NCBI RefSeq assembly: GCF_000315625.1
Contig: NW_005434624.1
Span: forward strand, 40,611 to 104,610
Direction of reading: 5' to 3'
Source of the DNA: Guillardia theta CCMP2712
Lineage: Eukaryota; Protista; Cryptophyta
Length of the DNA stretch: 64,000 bases
In this document: piece by piece, positions 47,602 to 60,087 of the stretch
Numbering within the stretch: position 1 is the first letter of the stretch
Layout: each line of letters begins with the position of its first letter
Position numbers and translations under genes: made by a program
Notes under the pieces: generated by a model
Told to the model about the DNA's origin: nothing
What the model saw: the letters and a program-made list of their open reading frames with translations, nothing else
Databases searched by the model: none

Positions 47602-47983
47602 GGCCCGTTTCCCGCCGGCTCCCAGATTCTAGATTCCAGATTTTTTCATACAAATATAAGTCAATTTCTTTTTTTCTCCTCCAAATGTTTTGGAGAACTC
47701 AACTATAAGTCATTTTAATTTGAGAATGAAACGATGCGGTTGACTTTCCCAGATTTTGCTTTTCGAATGGGTAGGCACTATATGGAAATATACTATTAGC
47801 TCAATCGAGAAAAATTGTTAGAATGTAGGGAGGGTACGCTTGGAGCATCAAATATGAACAGGCAGTGGACCCCACCCCCTGTCAGTATACATTGAAAGCA
47901 CCGGTGAATATTTCGGGGTAAATTTCAAATCACTTTCAATAAAGTCAAAAATCTGGAATCTGGGAGCCGGCGGGAAACGGCCC
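47602..47983. mobile_element. PIF/Harbinger (Tourist-like) MITE, 382 bp
   Basis: TIRs GG(C/G)CCGTTTCCCGCCGGCTCCCAGATT...CCAGATTTTT at both ends, TTA TSD at 47599-47601 and 47984-47986, and an AT-rich non-coding interior. Confidence 0.88.
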
Positions 47984-48565
47984 TTAGTAAACTGCCAGTA
48001 TGACAGGGACTGTAGGTTAGCAGGATGGCTTGGAGCTCGTTGCTGCGAATCATCAGTGCATCTGCAGTGCATGATCTTTCGTAATGATACCTGCCTGCGC
48101 GGAGACTCGTCGGAGGAGAAGAGGAGAGGGTACGGTATAGGAAGAAGTGCATGTAGCAGGGTGGAAGGTAAGGGCCAGGCTCAGATAAAGAGGATTTAGA
48201 CCAGTGGCGACGTGCATATAAAGGCAAAATAAGGAGCTGCAGAACGTAACCAAATTTCGCTCAGACAGGACAAAAGCAGTGAGAAGATGGTAAGAGTCTT
48301 GATCTGAAAAGATATTTGCTGAGACGAGGGAATAGACAAGATTAAAGCTAAGCAGCGTTGAGGCATTTGATTTGAGCGCGTAAGGAGGCGTCGAAGACAA
48401 TAAGAGAAACAAGAAGGCTAGTGTTCATGGAACGTGCTCAAAGAAAAACGACGTAGTTTGAGCAGAGGATCATGAATGTAGAGCTGCTTCACCCTTGCCT
48501 TGGGCAACCGTGTGTTTCTGTGCTGACCGTTACTTGCAAGTGAATCCAGGATCACAGGTATCCCC

Positions 48566-49480
48566 ATGAGCACGACGCCTGCAACCAAACGCGAAGTAGC
48601 GGAGAGCAGTTTTGACCTTTTACATCATGCCATCGTCGACAAAATCTCCAGGTAATCCTGCAGAAAGTGTATCATGAACATTGATGGTTCGCGATCAGCT
48701 CAAACAGAAATCATCCAGAGAAAGACCTGGAGATGATTGGCTACACCGTGGGCCAAAAGCTGGTTGAACGCTATGTGAAGGAGAAGTGTGTCGCCCACAA
48801 GCTTGAACTTGGCTGATCGCCTTCGATAGGCCAATTCTTGAAAATGACCTGGCTGTTATTACCTTCCTTTGCAAGGATTTTTGGACGGAAGTATACGGGA
48901 AACAGGTTCTTCTACCTTGAAAGGATACCTTCGAGGGCAAAAGGCATGTTGTGAATCACCTGACAAGGATGTGGCAGATGGACAAATTGAGAACAAATCA
49001 CAAAGGAGTTTTCGAGCTCCAGGTGCCTATTGCATCACCACCTCTCACTTTGTGAATGTGGACGAGTCTTAGGATCACAGATTCCGCGCGCTCCTGCGTG
49101 TATCAGCGGTGAGCGTCTGTTCACCTGACCAGGACAAGGGCGTTCATGCTGATGTGATTTGTTACACGATGTAGGGAAGTCAAGTCAACTTGAGCGAGGC
49201 AGCGAAGAAGTGAATGAGAATGGTTGTGACATGAAGGGGATGATTGTCTTGGTTGCTGCAGGTACCTCATTCTGCCCTGTGGAATGATTCGAGGTTCTCT
49301 GTCCGCCTTGGGGCTTGAGGCTACAGGTAAGCAGTGATATCTCCTAGGGAGAACTTTGTTTTGATGAGGGGAGACAGTTAAAGCAGAGTCGTCGTCGCTT
49401 CCAGGTGTAATTTTTGTTGTACATGTGCATGAGTCTTCAAGGTAAGATGTTCCCTTTCCATCATTCATCTGCCACACGAG
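48566..49480 (+). CDS. TRAPPC6: TRAPP complex subunit Trs33/TRAPPC6, multi-exon
   Basis: REVAESSFDLLH, LEMIGYTVGQKLVER, LAVITFLCKDFWTEVYGKQ|MDKLRTNHKGVFELQ|DHRF and PCGMIRGSLSALG. Confidence 0.9.
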
Positions 49481-49859
49481 AGTTTATTTCCTTTCTAAAA
49501 TGGATGTGAAAGGAGGGCGAAGTGATGGGATCAAATCTGGATTATTTTTTCTTGGCTGTCACAGTGCTACATCTTGACAAGTGTTGTCACGCAAGAAGAT
49601 GAAAGTTACAAAATCACAGTTTAAAAAATCTAACACAATGGAGAATTCGTCTGCGTTTACAACAAGAGAAGCTGGTTCGCTCACTGGTATCGAACGAACC
49701 TCATTCTCAGTGTTGCTCTGGTCCTCATATCATTCTTGATGCCTCAAACATAGCACTGGTCTTCTTCCGCTATCCAACTCACATCTGTTGTAGTCAGTCA
49801 CTCTCCCCGTTCGCACATCAGCACAGCTCCCTCACCCTAAATATCCACCTGCACCTGGT

Positions 49860-50690
49860 TCATGATTGTATGGGAATCGAAGCAGTGAACAGGATCGTGA
49901 TCAGGGTAACCAGCAGCACGCCAGAAAGCGCCTGGGGCACATCCATCACTCTACAGCATGTCATCACATCAGACATTGCACCAGCGGCCCGTAAGGCTCG
50001 TCGACATACGCAGCATATGCTCCGGGCTCAATGGAACGAATGTTTCTCCTCCTCCAGAAGAACGTGTACACTGCAAGCGATCAACCAGCAAATTCGTCAA
50101 GACTCCGCTTAACCCCAGAATCAGAGATGCATCTTACTTGCATAGAGAGAGAAGACAATCGAGCAGAGCACGAGAACAGTAGAAACTACAAGCATGGACG
50201 ATCGATGCGCTCCCGGGGCATCTCGTCCACTGACAGCTGAGATCAAGGATGACACCGACCCCAGGGTAACACCCCTGCCACTCCCTGTCAAGACGAGCCC
50301 GACACCCTCCCATCCCATCAAACTTACATGTGCAGCCAGTGAATGTAATTTCGCTCGTTCGCAAAGAAGTCCTTGTGCAGTCGCATGGCGGGCGGCAGGG
50401 AACTGTCCGACATCTGCCGAGCAAGCTCACCCACGACTCACCCACGACCTTGATCGAGTTTGAATGGGAGCAGCAAGAAAAGGAGACGAGAGAAGGTCAC
50501 CGAATGTAGACAGACACTTGTAGCATTGCAACGATGCTAATTCAATGAAATCCTTTCTCAACTCTGCACTACTCTGGTCTGCAACCCTCACATTCACATG
50601 CGCCTGTCTGCAATGTTCTGTCTGTCTCTCTTGCTTGAGAGCAAAGGTGAGTAATAGTGTACGGCATGTCAAGACGATGCTCATCCGATT
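49860..50690 (-). CDS. DUF202/VTC-type membrane protein (vacuolar transporter chaperone Vtc1-like), multi-exon; ends uncertain
   Basis: Spliced RLHKDFFANERNYIHWLH, three hydrophobic segments, and YA|MYTFFWRRRNIR. Confidence 0.7.
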
Positions 50691-51279
50691 TGGCCGCACC
50701 CTCTTTGGTTTCCGAACGCGCGTTTGTCTGCTCTTTCTAATGTCATCCAGCCCCAACCTATTCGACAATCCTCTCCTCCTCCTCACCTGTCTCCCTCCGA
50801 ACCCGCCCGCCCCCTACGCCCCCTTGCCTCATGTCTCTCCCCTCGTCTTTATCCTGCATTCTCTAGCATTTCAGGTCGCCTGCTGCCTCTCCTCGTCTCT
50901 TGCTCCTCCGCATTCCCTCCCTTTCCCTCCCATTCTGCCATCTTGCTCTGCCTCGATAGCATAGGGGACTCAAAGGGGTGGGGGTTGCAAGTGAACGGGT
51001 AGTATCTATAGCCAAAGGGGTACAATCATCAGAAATTTTGGGGGTGGGGTATCAAATCCCCTGCTAGATAGTAGGGGGTGTACTGCCATATAAATTTCGA
51101 CTCTATTGTAATATTATACTGTAAATTTCAATTTGAAAGACACATATCGAAAAGAATTTGAGGGTGGACTTGCACAACGCCCGCTCGTGTAAGCCATTTA
51201 TTGGTTAAATGTCTAATCAAAATAAGACATAAAATGTTAAAATAACATATTAACAGACTAAAGCAACACTACGCCCCTT

Positions 51280-51720
51280 GGATGGCGCGGCGCCGCCCGG
51301 CACCGTAACTGGAGTTAAAAAGTTCGACGGATTTCTGCCTTTTCTCTTTGAAGTTTGACAATGATCTGCCGGGCGGCCGGCGGCGCCGGGCGGCACTGAG
51401 CCGGCCCCTCGGTCACCTCACGGTTGCGCTCAGCTTGTATAGGCTTGCGGATCGCTCGGCAAACAAGGGAACGGCCGGGCCGCGGGCTGCGGCTGGACGC
51501 CGGGCCCTGAGCCGCCGGCAGTGGGCCGCCGCCGCGCCGCGGGCGACCGTCGGACGGTCACGCGGGCCGCCCCGTGATGGTTTGAGTAAAACTTCCGGGA
51601 GCTCACTGAGACTCTGAGAGGCGGAACCTCACGGAGTCCCGAGTCGCCGGGCCTTCGGCGGCGAGCTGGAGTCAGTTCCGGCGGGCCATGAGCCTGTGAG
51701 TCTAGGCTGAGCGCCGGTCA
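51280..51720. promoter_or_regulatory. CCGG/GGCC-rich intergenic island
   Basis: Same motif vocabulary (CCGG, ACTGAG, TCAACGG), upstream of the DUF202 gene. Confidence 0.35.
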
Positions 51721-51789
51721 ACGGTGCAAGTGCCCAGAGAGTTTATTTAGTCAAGTGTAGCTTGGGTGGTAGCTTGGCGATCGATTCTT

Positions 51790-53440
51790 TCATCCCCCGC
51801 CTACACGATGCAAGTCAACGACCGTGGACGAGAGTTGCTGACAAACGTCACTGACCATGGATCCATGAAGGGCCGTCGCTCTCTCGCCATGAATGAAGCT
51901 AGAAATTCCTCCTTCTCTCTCGTCATCTTGCCCTTGAAGTAAGCTCGCCAGCCGACGTGCCTCGAGCACCCCTCTCCCCTCTTCTCCTGCACCATGCTTG
52001 CCGTCGGTGTGACGACGCACAATCTTTCACTCCCATCCACGTCCTTCTCGATCCACATCGGAGCCTCGAACTTCTCCTTGAGGATATTTACGCACGTCTG
52101 AGGACAGGCCTACATCACAAGCAGCTGCAGCTTTCAGTAGTCACCTTAAACTGCTCGATGTTGAGCGTGCTCTTGTCCCCGGAGCTCGTTTCTGTTCTTC
52201 TCGATGCCAACTTGAACGCCATGGCGGCTGCTGACTTGCTGAGCCTCTCAGCCTGCTGATCCTGATGGCTCAGCACTGCCAGCGTCCCCAGCCCTCCGAG
52301 CTTCTTCTGCACCTGCTCGTCCTGCGACAGCCAGAACTCTTCAGGGGGCAGGAGGCCACCAGTGTTTCTGAGGAGCGCAAAGAAGGAGACTAGGCTCATG
52401 CCCTCATGGGATGAGTTCAACCTGTTGGGCTCCGCGAAGTGTCTGCCTTCCGCAAAATACTTGAAATGGTCTTGGAGGGGGAATCGGAGCACGTAGGTAG
52501 CTCCCATGCTCAACCTCTCGCGGTTTCCAGCTTCGTCCACTTGAAACTTCCGGTGCGGGAGCGACGCAGGGAGCGGGTTGAGCATGTCGTGGCTGCGGTG
52601 GGAGGGCTCTTGGGGGACAACATGGAAGATCCGCTCCTCGGCCCCACCTGGTTTGAACGAGAGCTTCGTCACACCCTTGACGACCTGATGCCCGAGCAGG
52701 GAGGGGGGAGCGCTCTCCGGTCGTCTGAGGAAGTGATGCAGGTCCTCGTGCTGCATGCTGTTCGGCCTCATCAGACAGCGGATACACAGGAGGCATGAGA
52801 CTTGCCTCCTCGCCTTCTCGTCGCTATCGACGGAGCTCTCGCTCGTCTCAGGTGACTTGGCAGCGTCTGCTTAGCAGCTCAACAAGATGCGGTGAAGGAG
52901 GAGGATGATTCAGAACAGAGAAGAAAAGAGGAGACACCTTTCTTGTGCTGCCCTGATGACAGGCGACTCCTAGAGCATCTGACATGCTGGTCACTCCTCG
53001 CTCAGGGACGCAGGTTAGCTCACAGTTTGAGCTTGCGCGAGGCCGTGTATGAGGTCGATTTAGACAGGAAAGGAATGTAGTCGGACGATGCTTCAGGACC
53101 AAGGGGGTACCCCTCTGCCGATCGACAACGTCGGAAGAGATCAACGACAGAGCCAGGTCGCTTCCTAGCGTTCTCAATGTCTCGCTTGACCTCCAAGATC
53201 TTCTGCTCAATCATCTCAAGCTCGCTACGTGGAGGCGCGAGCTTCAACACAATCAGGGCATGTCAGGTCAGCACACAACCACCTTGTCTTTGTCCAGCAT
53301 TAGGGCCTCGCTAGGATCCCACGACACTTCCTCCGCATCCTTTTGCATCGACCAAGGTTCACCGTTGAGGATCTTGAGTTGGCGTTGAAGCCGGTGCAAC
53401 GTCTGCCTCAGCCTGTTGCATGTTTCAGCACCTCGCGATG
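51790..53440 (-). CDS. Hypothetical multi-exon protein
   Basis: ORFs 53020-53250, 52115-52771 and 51801-52058 have protein-like composition and GT/AG boundaries. No domain recognised. Confidence 0.5.
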
Positions 53441-54289
53441 TCAGGGGTGAAAACCCTCTCGTTCATCGAGTTTTCGTCACTGCCTTGCTCTCTGTCACTT
53501 GCTTGCTCTCTCCATCTCGTTTCCGTCTCCTCTCTCAAGCTCAGACTTTCGCTCGCTCGCTCGCTCCCTCGCTCCCTCTCGCTTCACCTCTCTATGTTTG
53601 TTGCCGGCGGACGATATTTCATCGCCATGTCTTGTGACTATCAAGTACCCCACTCCTTCTACGAGGTCACTTCATTCACCCCACCCCCCTTTTCAGGTTT
53701 TTACTACCCCGTAATTATATATAGAGAACGAGCAACTTCACTACCCCACCCTAAGAGGTTCGATCAAACGGCTGTCAAGCCAGTAAAATGAAACTGGAAG
53801 ATGCGACGGAGGGGAAGGAGATGGAGTGCGAGAGGAAGCGGATGGGGAACAGGGAGGGAGCGAAGGAGGAGGAGAAGGAGACTCAGAGGAGGAGCAAGTG
53901 GGCAGATTAGCAATGGATGGGATGGCGCTAGGCCATTCAGATAGCAACAAAAAGTCATGGAGGGTTGACGAGAACTAGTAGCTACAAGAGCGGAAATGGA
54001 AGAAGACTGGAAGAGGTATCAGAGGACGAGAACTGTTGAACTAGATGGTACGGATATTGAGGAATGCAAACCCAACTGATCATGTGCGTGAAAGATCCTC
54101 TTCTGGTTATCAAATCTCTTGCATTCAGTGTGAAATGTGATCCTAAACCGACCTGAATCGTTCGCAGCAAACCACCGACATGACAGCTGTGTGATTGTAG
54201 CGAAGTCTCCAGCATGCTGGAAGGGAGCAAAGAGAGTGGAGAAGAGCTGTTGGAGGACGAGGGCCTGCATGATTGGAGGAGCTTCTCGG

Positions 54290-54818
54290 ACTCCCAGGGG
54301 TTTGACATCCTCAGAGTCGATAGTAGTGCTCATGGTGAGGAGGTCGAGGAGGTCGAGGAATGGAAGCAGCAGCAGCAGCATCATCATCATCATCATCATC
54401 ATCAGCAGCAGCAAGAGCAGGAGGCAAGCGCTGTGGTTCGAAGACCACAAGAGCGACCGAGGAAGCATCTCCGGCAAGTGCGAATGCAGCAAGTCTCCTT
54501 GTCTCCTCGCGGAGTTCAGCACATCCGGCGGGGCAACGTGCATGCGCGAGGACGAGGAAGGCTGGGAACGAAGGCTGGTCAAAGGTCAGCGAGGACAGCA
54601 GGGCTTGAAGAGGTAGAGCGTCGCTTCGGAGCTGACGATCGACGGTCCCTCCCTCCCCCTACCTTGCTGTTGGTGATGTAGCAGTGTCAGATGCTCGAGG
54701 AGAGAGGTCGAGATTGTCGACCTGCTCGGCTCTTGCCTGAGCTCCTGCTTGACTCCTGCTGGACCTGCAGCGCTGCCAACCATCAGGTCAGACACGAGAG
54801 GGAGGGGAAGGGAAGGGC

Positions 54819-54879
<61 letters not shown>

Positions 54880-55045
54880 GTGGAGGTGTGATGCCGATAT
54901 GACACTGATGATGACGCTGATGATGGAGATGATGATCATGATGATGGGAGATGATGATGATGATGATGGAGATGATGATGATGATGGAAATGATGATGAT
55001 GGAAATGATGATGATGCCAATGATGATGATGGAAATGATGATGAC

Positions 55046-55101
<56 letters not shown>

Positions 55102-55490
55102 GGAGGAGGAGGAGGTGGAGGAGGAGGAGGAGGAGGTGGTGGTGGTGGTGGTGGTGGTGGAGGAGGAGGTGGTGGAGAATTGGGCATGCAGAGCATTAGA
55201 AGTTTTACGGCAAGGGAGAGAGTTGTTGACGGGTTGGGGGAGGTAGCGGGAGTGAAGAGGAGAATCGAGACAGTGATGTTGGATAAGCCCCAGGCTTGGT
55301 GTCATTCTCTCGAGCAAGAGCACAAGTCTGCACAAGATGGGGAAGGGTACTCCTCGCATGGAGGCGCGTCAGTCAGACAGGAACGTGCCTCCTCTTGATT
55401 GGGTCTGACCTCCTGCTCATTGCTGTGCCACTTGCTGACCAGGATGGCGGCAAAGGTGCGCAGCAGCTGCCTGAACGCCATCTATGAGTT
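54290..55490 (+). CDS. Possible hypothetical multi-exon protein
   Basis: Short coding-like exons separated by microsatellite-filled introns. Confidence 0.25.
54819..55176. repeat. Compound trinucleotide tract (GAT)n/(GGA)n/(GGT)n
   Basis: Directly visible. Confidence 0.9.
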
Positions 55491-55876
55491 TGAGAGGGAA
55501 GGAGGAGGAGGGTTGCGGAGCGGGAGGTACGTCACGAAGCAGGTTGAGGAGCAGATGCGAGCCATCACGCGGAGGAAGACGCCTCCCCCAGGCGTGAAGG
55601 ACAAGGTAGAGGTGGAGGGGACCGAGGAGGAGACGATGACGCTAAAGCAGCGGCTGAGCGCGATGACGGGGGTACCATGGGAGCTGATGAAGATGAAGAA
55701 CACCAGCAGCAGCAAGGCAGGACGCGAGGGAAGGCAATTTTCATCAGAAAATTTATGAAATGAAGATACGAGGAGAGGTGGGCTAGGGTGAAACATCTAC
55801 GTCCGAGGAGGCAGTCCATGCGGACAAGCACTCTTACTTGCTAGGTCATGTCAATAGCTTACACGAGACGTCAAGC

Positions 55877-58181
55877 TCAGATCATGCTCTTCGCCTGCTC
55901 CACGATCAATTGCTCCTCCTCCTCCTCCTCCTCCTCCTCTCACCTTCGCTAGGATGGAGTCCGCATCATATCCCTGGTGGTACGCATGCTCCCACAATCC
56001 ACCGCAGCCCTGTCAGTCAAGTCACTAACATCTTCCAACGAGGGGACCAAGGTAGGGGGAGGGAGAGGCAGCGTTGGGGGAGGTACGAGAGGCAAGAGAG
56101 GTCGAGCACGGGAGGAGGGAGAAGAGGGAGGGAGGAGGGAAACGTCACCTCGCGAGTGGAGCCGATGTAGCCGTACTTGGGCGAGAGGCCTCGCTCGAGC
56201 AACCAGGTGCCGAAGCGAACGCCAAGGCCAGTCTTGCGGTTGAGAGGCTCGACGACGAGGACGAAGCCGGTCTTTCCGATGAGCTGCATGCACTCGTCGT
56301 CCACCACGTTGAGCGTGCACTTGTTGATCAGACCCACGTCCACTCCCTCCGCCCTCAGACGCTCCACCGCGTCCAAGCTGCGGTACAGCGAGTCACCGTA
56401 CGACACGATGTATCCCTTGGTTCCCTTGCGGATCACGTCATCCTTGCCGGGCACGAACGTGTAGCCCTCTCCAAACATCTCCTTGCCCTGCTCGTCCTGG
56501 ATCGCCGGCAGCTTGGAGCGAGTGGTGAAGATGCAGCGGATGCCATGATCCCAGAACACAGCCGGAACCACCTTGAGCAGCTGGTGGTAGTCAGCTGGGA
56601 AGTAGAGCCTGGTGGTCTCGTGCTCGTCGAGCCCGTTGTCCGCAAAGAAGTTGTTGAGGCCGTAGTGGCAGGAGTTGTCCGCCATGTCGTCGACGCCGCT
56701 GTGCGAGAAGTGGCAGAGGACGTTGGAGTGGTTGAGCCTCGCCATGGTCATCTCCGACACGCACATCTCGAGGAAGGCAGCGAACGTCGAGAAGATCGCC
56801 TGCTTGCTCTTGTCCATGCCGAACCCGGCGGCGGCCTGGAAGTTTCCGCGCTCCATGATGCCCGACTGGACGAAAATGTCGGGGAACTGCTGGTGGATCA
56901 CCTTGAGCCCCGTCGAGCCCTCCAGGTCCGAGTCGATGCACATCACTTTCTGCTTCCTCTCCTCTGGCGACATCGCCGCAAGGATCTTGCACACCTGAGC
57001 CCTTTCGTCACTACCTCCGCTCCTCCTCCTCCTCCTCCTCCTCCTCCTCTCACCGCATTTCCAAACTCCGCGCGGTTGGCCCCTACGGACGATCCCTGAG
57101 TTCCCATGTAGGTCCCGGCCCTGGGGTCCTTCTCGGCCTTGGTGGCAGGGCCCTGGAGCCACTGGACCGCCTCCTTGTAGCCCTTCTTCTCGAGGTACGT
57201 GATGGCCTTGGCGACGGCGATGGCGTCATGCCCGTGGCAGGTTCCCTCCACTCCCTCCACGCCAGGGCACATCTTGCGCTTGGCCACGACGGCGACGGGC
57301 CCATCCTTGAGTACCGCAGCTCTCATCGCCTTGTACAGCGCGTCCAGGTCCTCCCCGTCACAGACAGCGCAGGTCATGCCATGGCCCTCCAGCGTCTTCT
57401 CCACGTTGTAGCCCTTGAGGTAGTCCTGCGGATGTCCGGCGATCGTCACGTTGTTGTCGTCGACGATGAGCTGCCGGTCTAGTCAGTCTCGTCTCCGCAC
57501 CCCCGGGGCCTCACCTTGACGTTGATGTCCCTTGCTGCCGCCAACCTCGCTGCCTCAGCGTCGTTGCCCTCCTGCTGCGCTCCGTCCGACGCCAGGCACC
57601 ACACGATCTTGTCGGGGTTCGCCATGCCAACTCCGTTGACCATGGGCCACATCTGCCCAAGCCTTCCCGAGCTGAACTTGACGCCGGGGGTGCAGTGAAG
57701 CTCTGGATGGCCGGGGAGACCCGCGTGACCGACGCGGTACTTCTTGAGGTGAGCAAAGGTGACATGCCCGTCGAGCGCTGAGAGCAGATACTGCGTGGCG
57801 ACGCGATGACCGGCCTCATCGAAGTAGATGGGGACGAACTTGTCCGGCCTGTTGGGAATAACTGACGTGTCAGAACTTCACCGGGATCTGGAAGGATGCG
57901 GGAGGGAGGGAAGGATGCCAGAGGTCGGGTGCGGCGACTTGCCTGGCATTGAAGAAGGACCGCAGGAGCATAACTTCGGGCATGGTGTCAAACGCTCCTC
58001 CCGTGTGGCCTCCGTACCCTGAAGCGGACCCGCAGGCAGTGAAGAAGATGACAGCGTCGCGGCAGAGCTCGATGTTGGCGAGGATGTCAGCCTTGATATC
58101 TGCTGGGATGCTCTCGTGCTGCCAAGGGTCGAGCTTGACCTCCTTGAACTTGCTCATGTCAATTTCGAAGCCTTCAGTCAT
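55877..58181 (-). CDS. Transketolase-like thiamine-diphosphate enzyme (divergent family), ~6 exons
   Basis: GGHTGG, DEAGHR, LPGHPE, SSGRLG, TPP motif SDGAQQEG...DDNN, DSDLEGSTG, GIMERGNF, STFAAFLE and FSHSG; last exon AKSMI-stop. Confidence 0.88.
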
Positions 58182-59908
58182 CTTGTCGGTTCTGGACCAG
58201 CTCTCACTCAGCAACTTCCTCTCTCCCCACAACCTTGAGGTACCTTGCGATGGGGGGGGGATCAACAAGATGTCTCTAGTAGGCAAGAGGTCTCGGAGCC
58301 TGCAGACATCATGAGAATCGGCAAATTGGTCTCAGAAGCACTTCAAGACAAGGAGGTTGAGACTGGTACACACTACGCCTCCTTCACCTCCCATCCATAC
58401 TTGCTTACATCATCCTTCATCCTCTCACCGGGCACTACCAGGTCAACGAGCTTCCTTGTCATCCTCCTTCCATTAATCTCCATTCAGTCGCCTCCTCATC
58501 ACTCTCCTTCGAGATCACGCTCCTCCCTGCCTCCCAACTGACTCGACTACGTATGTAAACCGCAATCGTATCCCCCTTGTTGTATGCTCCTGTCCCAACC
58601 AACTGCCATCCTGTCTCAGATCTAACAGTGTATCTAGACACGTTCTACCTTTCCAAACACCCGTGAGATCAATCCTCACCGTGCCTTAATCATGAACACA
58701 TCGAGAATATGAAAGGAGATGGTAGTCCACGATTCTCTTCAGACTCTCTCCAGGACCTTCTCAGGTTATCCATGGCTGTTATCTCCATCCTAATGCTCAT
58801 CTACAATCACTTTCGTCTTTCTCTTCTTTGCATTTCCTACTCTGACTTTATCTATCAATCCACTCAATCTCTCCCGCACACGCCTTCCACATTCCCAATG
58901 TCTTTTGATTCTTCGTTCCACGTCTCTGATGTCTTCTCTTCTGATTCTCTTGGAAGGCGAATCTCAACTGCAATCCTCCGCTATATTCTACCTTCCCTCT
59001 CCCTCTCCCTCTCCCTCTCCTCCTCCTCCTCCTCCTCCTCCTCCTCCTCTTCCACTCTCATCGCATTTCTCTTTTTTGCATCATCGCACTGCACTCGTGC
59101 GACCCCTACGGGTGCCAACCCTACCCCTTGTGTTCACATACCCACACTGTTGACATCAGACCCCCCCACATTTATGTCCATTATGATTTCCATAGGAAAT
59201 GGCTCATTTTGTACGCTGCAAAGGACCGGTGTATTTCCATATGTCAGGGATATACCCCTGAAATCATAAGATGACCCCTGTGTTCATACACCCCTACCCC
59301 GTTCTACATGTCTCTCTTTTCATAGGAGGCCGAGAGAAGAGGTGTTAGCAAGCTAGGGTAGGGGTATTAAAGTACCGGTACTTATACATAAATATTGACC
59401 ACAGAATACCGGGTACACCAAATTTTCAGGGGGTACCATGCCCCGAGTGGTAGCAAGGGAAATGACCCTGTGGAGGCGTATAGGGCCCAGGGATGGTAGG
59501 GGTTGGAAAGATGGAAAAAGAAGGGTAGGGGGTAGGAAGTAAAGGGGCATGGAGTACCACGGGTGGTGTATATCTGACATGAAAAGGGGGTGGGTGTACA
59601 CAGTCAGGAATGATTTGTTTGTAGGTGTGAGTACCTGCAAGAAGTACGTTATAGTCAAAGGGTAGGGTAAAAGGTAGTTCATGGACGGGTAGGGGCGACC
59701 CAGAAACACGTGTAAGTGGGGTGGGTTCCAATTTTCTGAGGGTAGGGTTATTTTCATGGGGTGGGTCTCCGGAAATAGAGACATGAGGGTAGTCACTCGG
59801 AGACTCCCGAGCCGGCCCGGGCCCGGAGCCGTCAACTTAGTTAAGTAAAAGGTTTAGTTACTCCACAAAAGTTTTCACTCCTTGCAAACTTGAGATTGGA
59901 ATTGGTAT

Positions 59909-59985
59909 GGAGGAGGAGGAGGAGGAGGAGGAGGAGGAGGAGGAGGAGGAGGAGGAGGAGGAGGAGGAGGAGGAGGAGGAGGAGG
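59909..59985. repeat. (GGA)n microsatellite
   Basis: About 25 perfect units. Confidence 0.95.
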
Positions 59986-60087
59986 ATACAAACTGAGGGG
60001 AAGGAGAACCTCTTCATGCACAGAGGGTTCGTCTCTTACGTCGCAACCGCAGGTTTAATGACTTAGCGCAACGTGGTAGACCGACCA

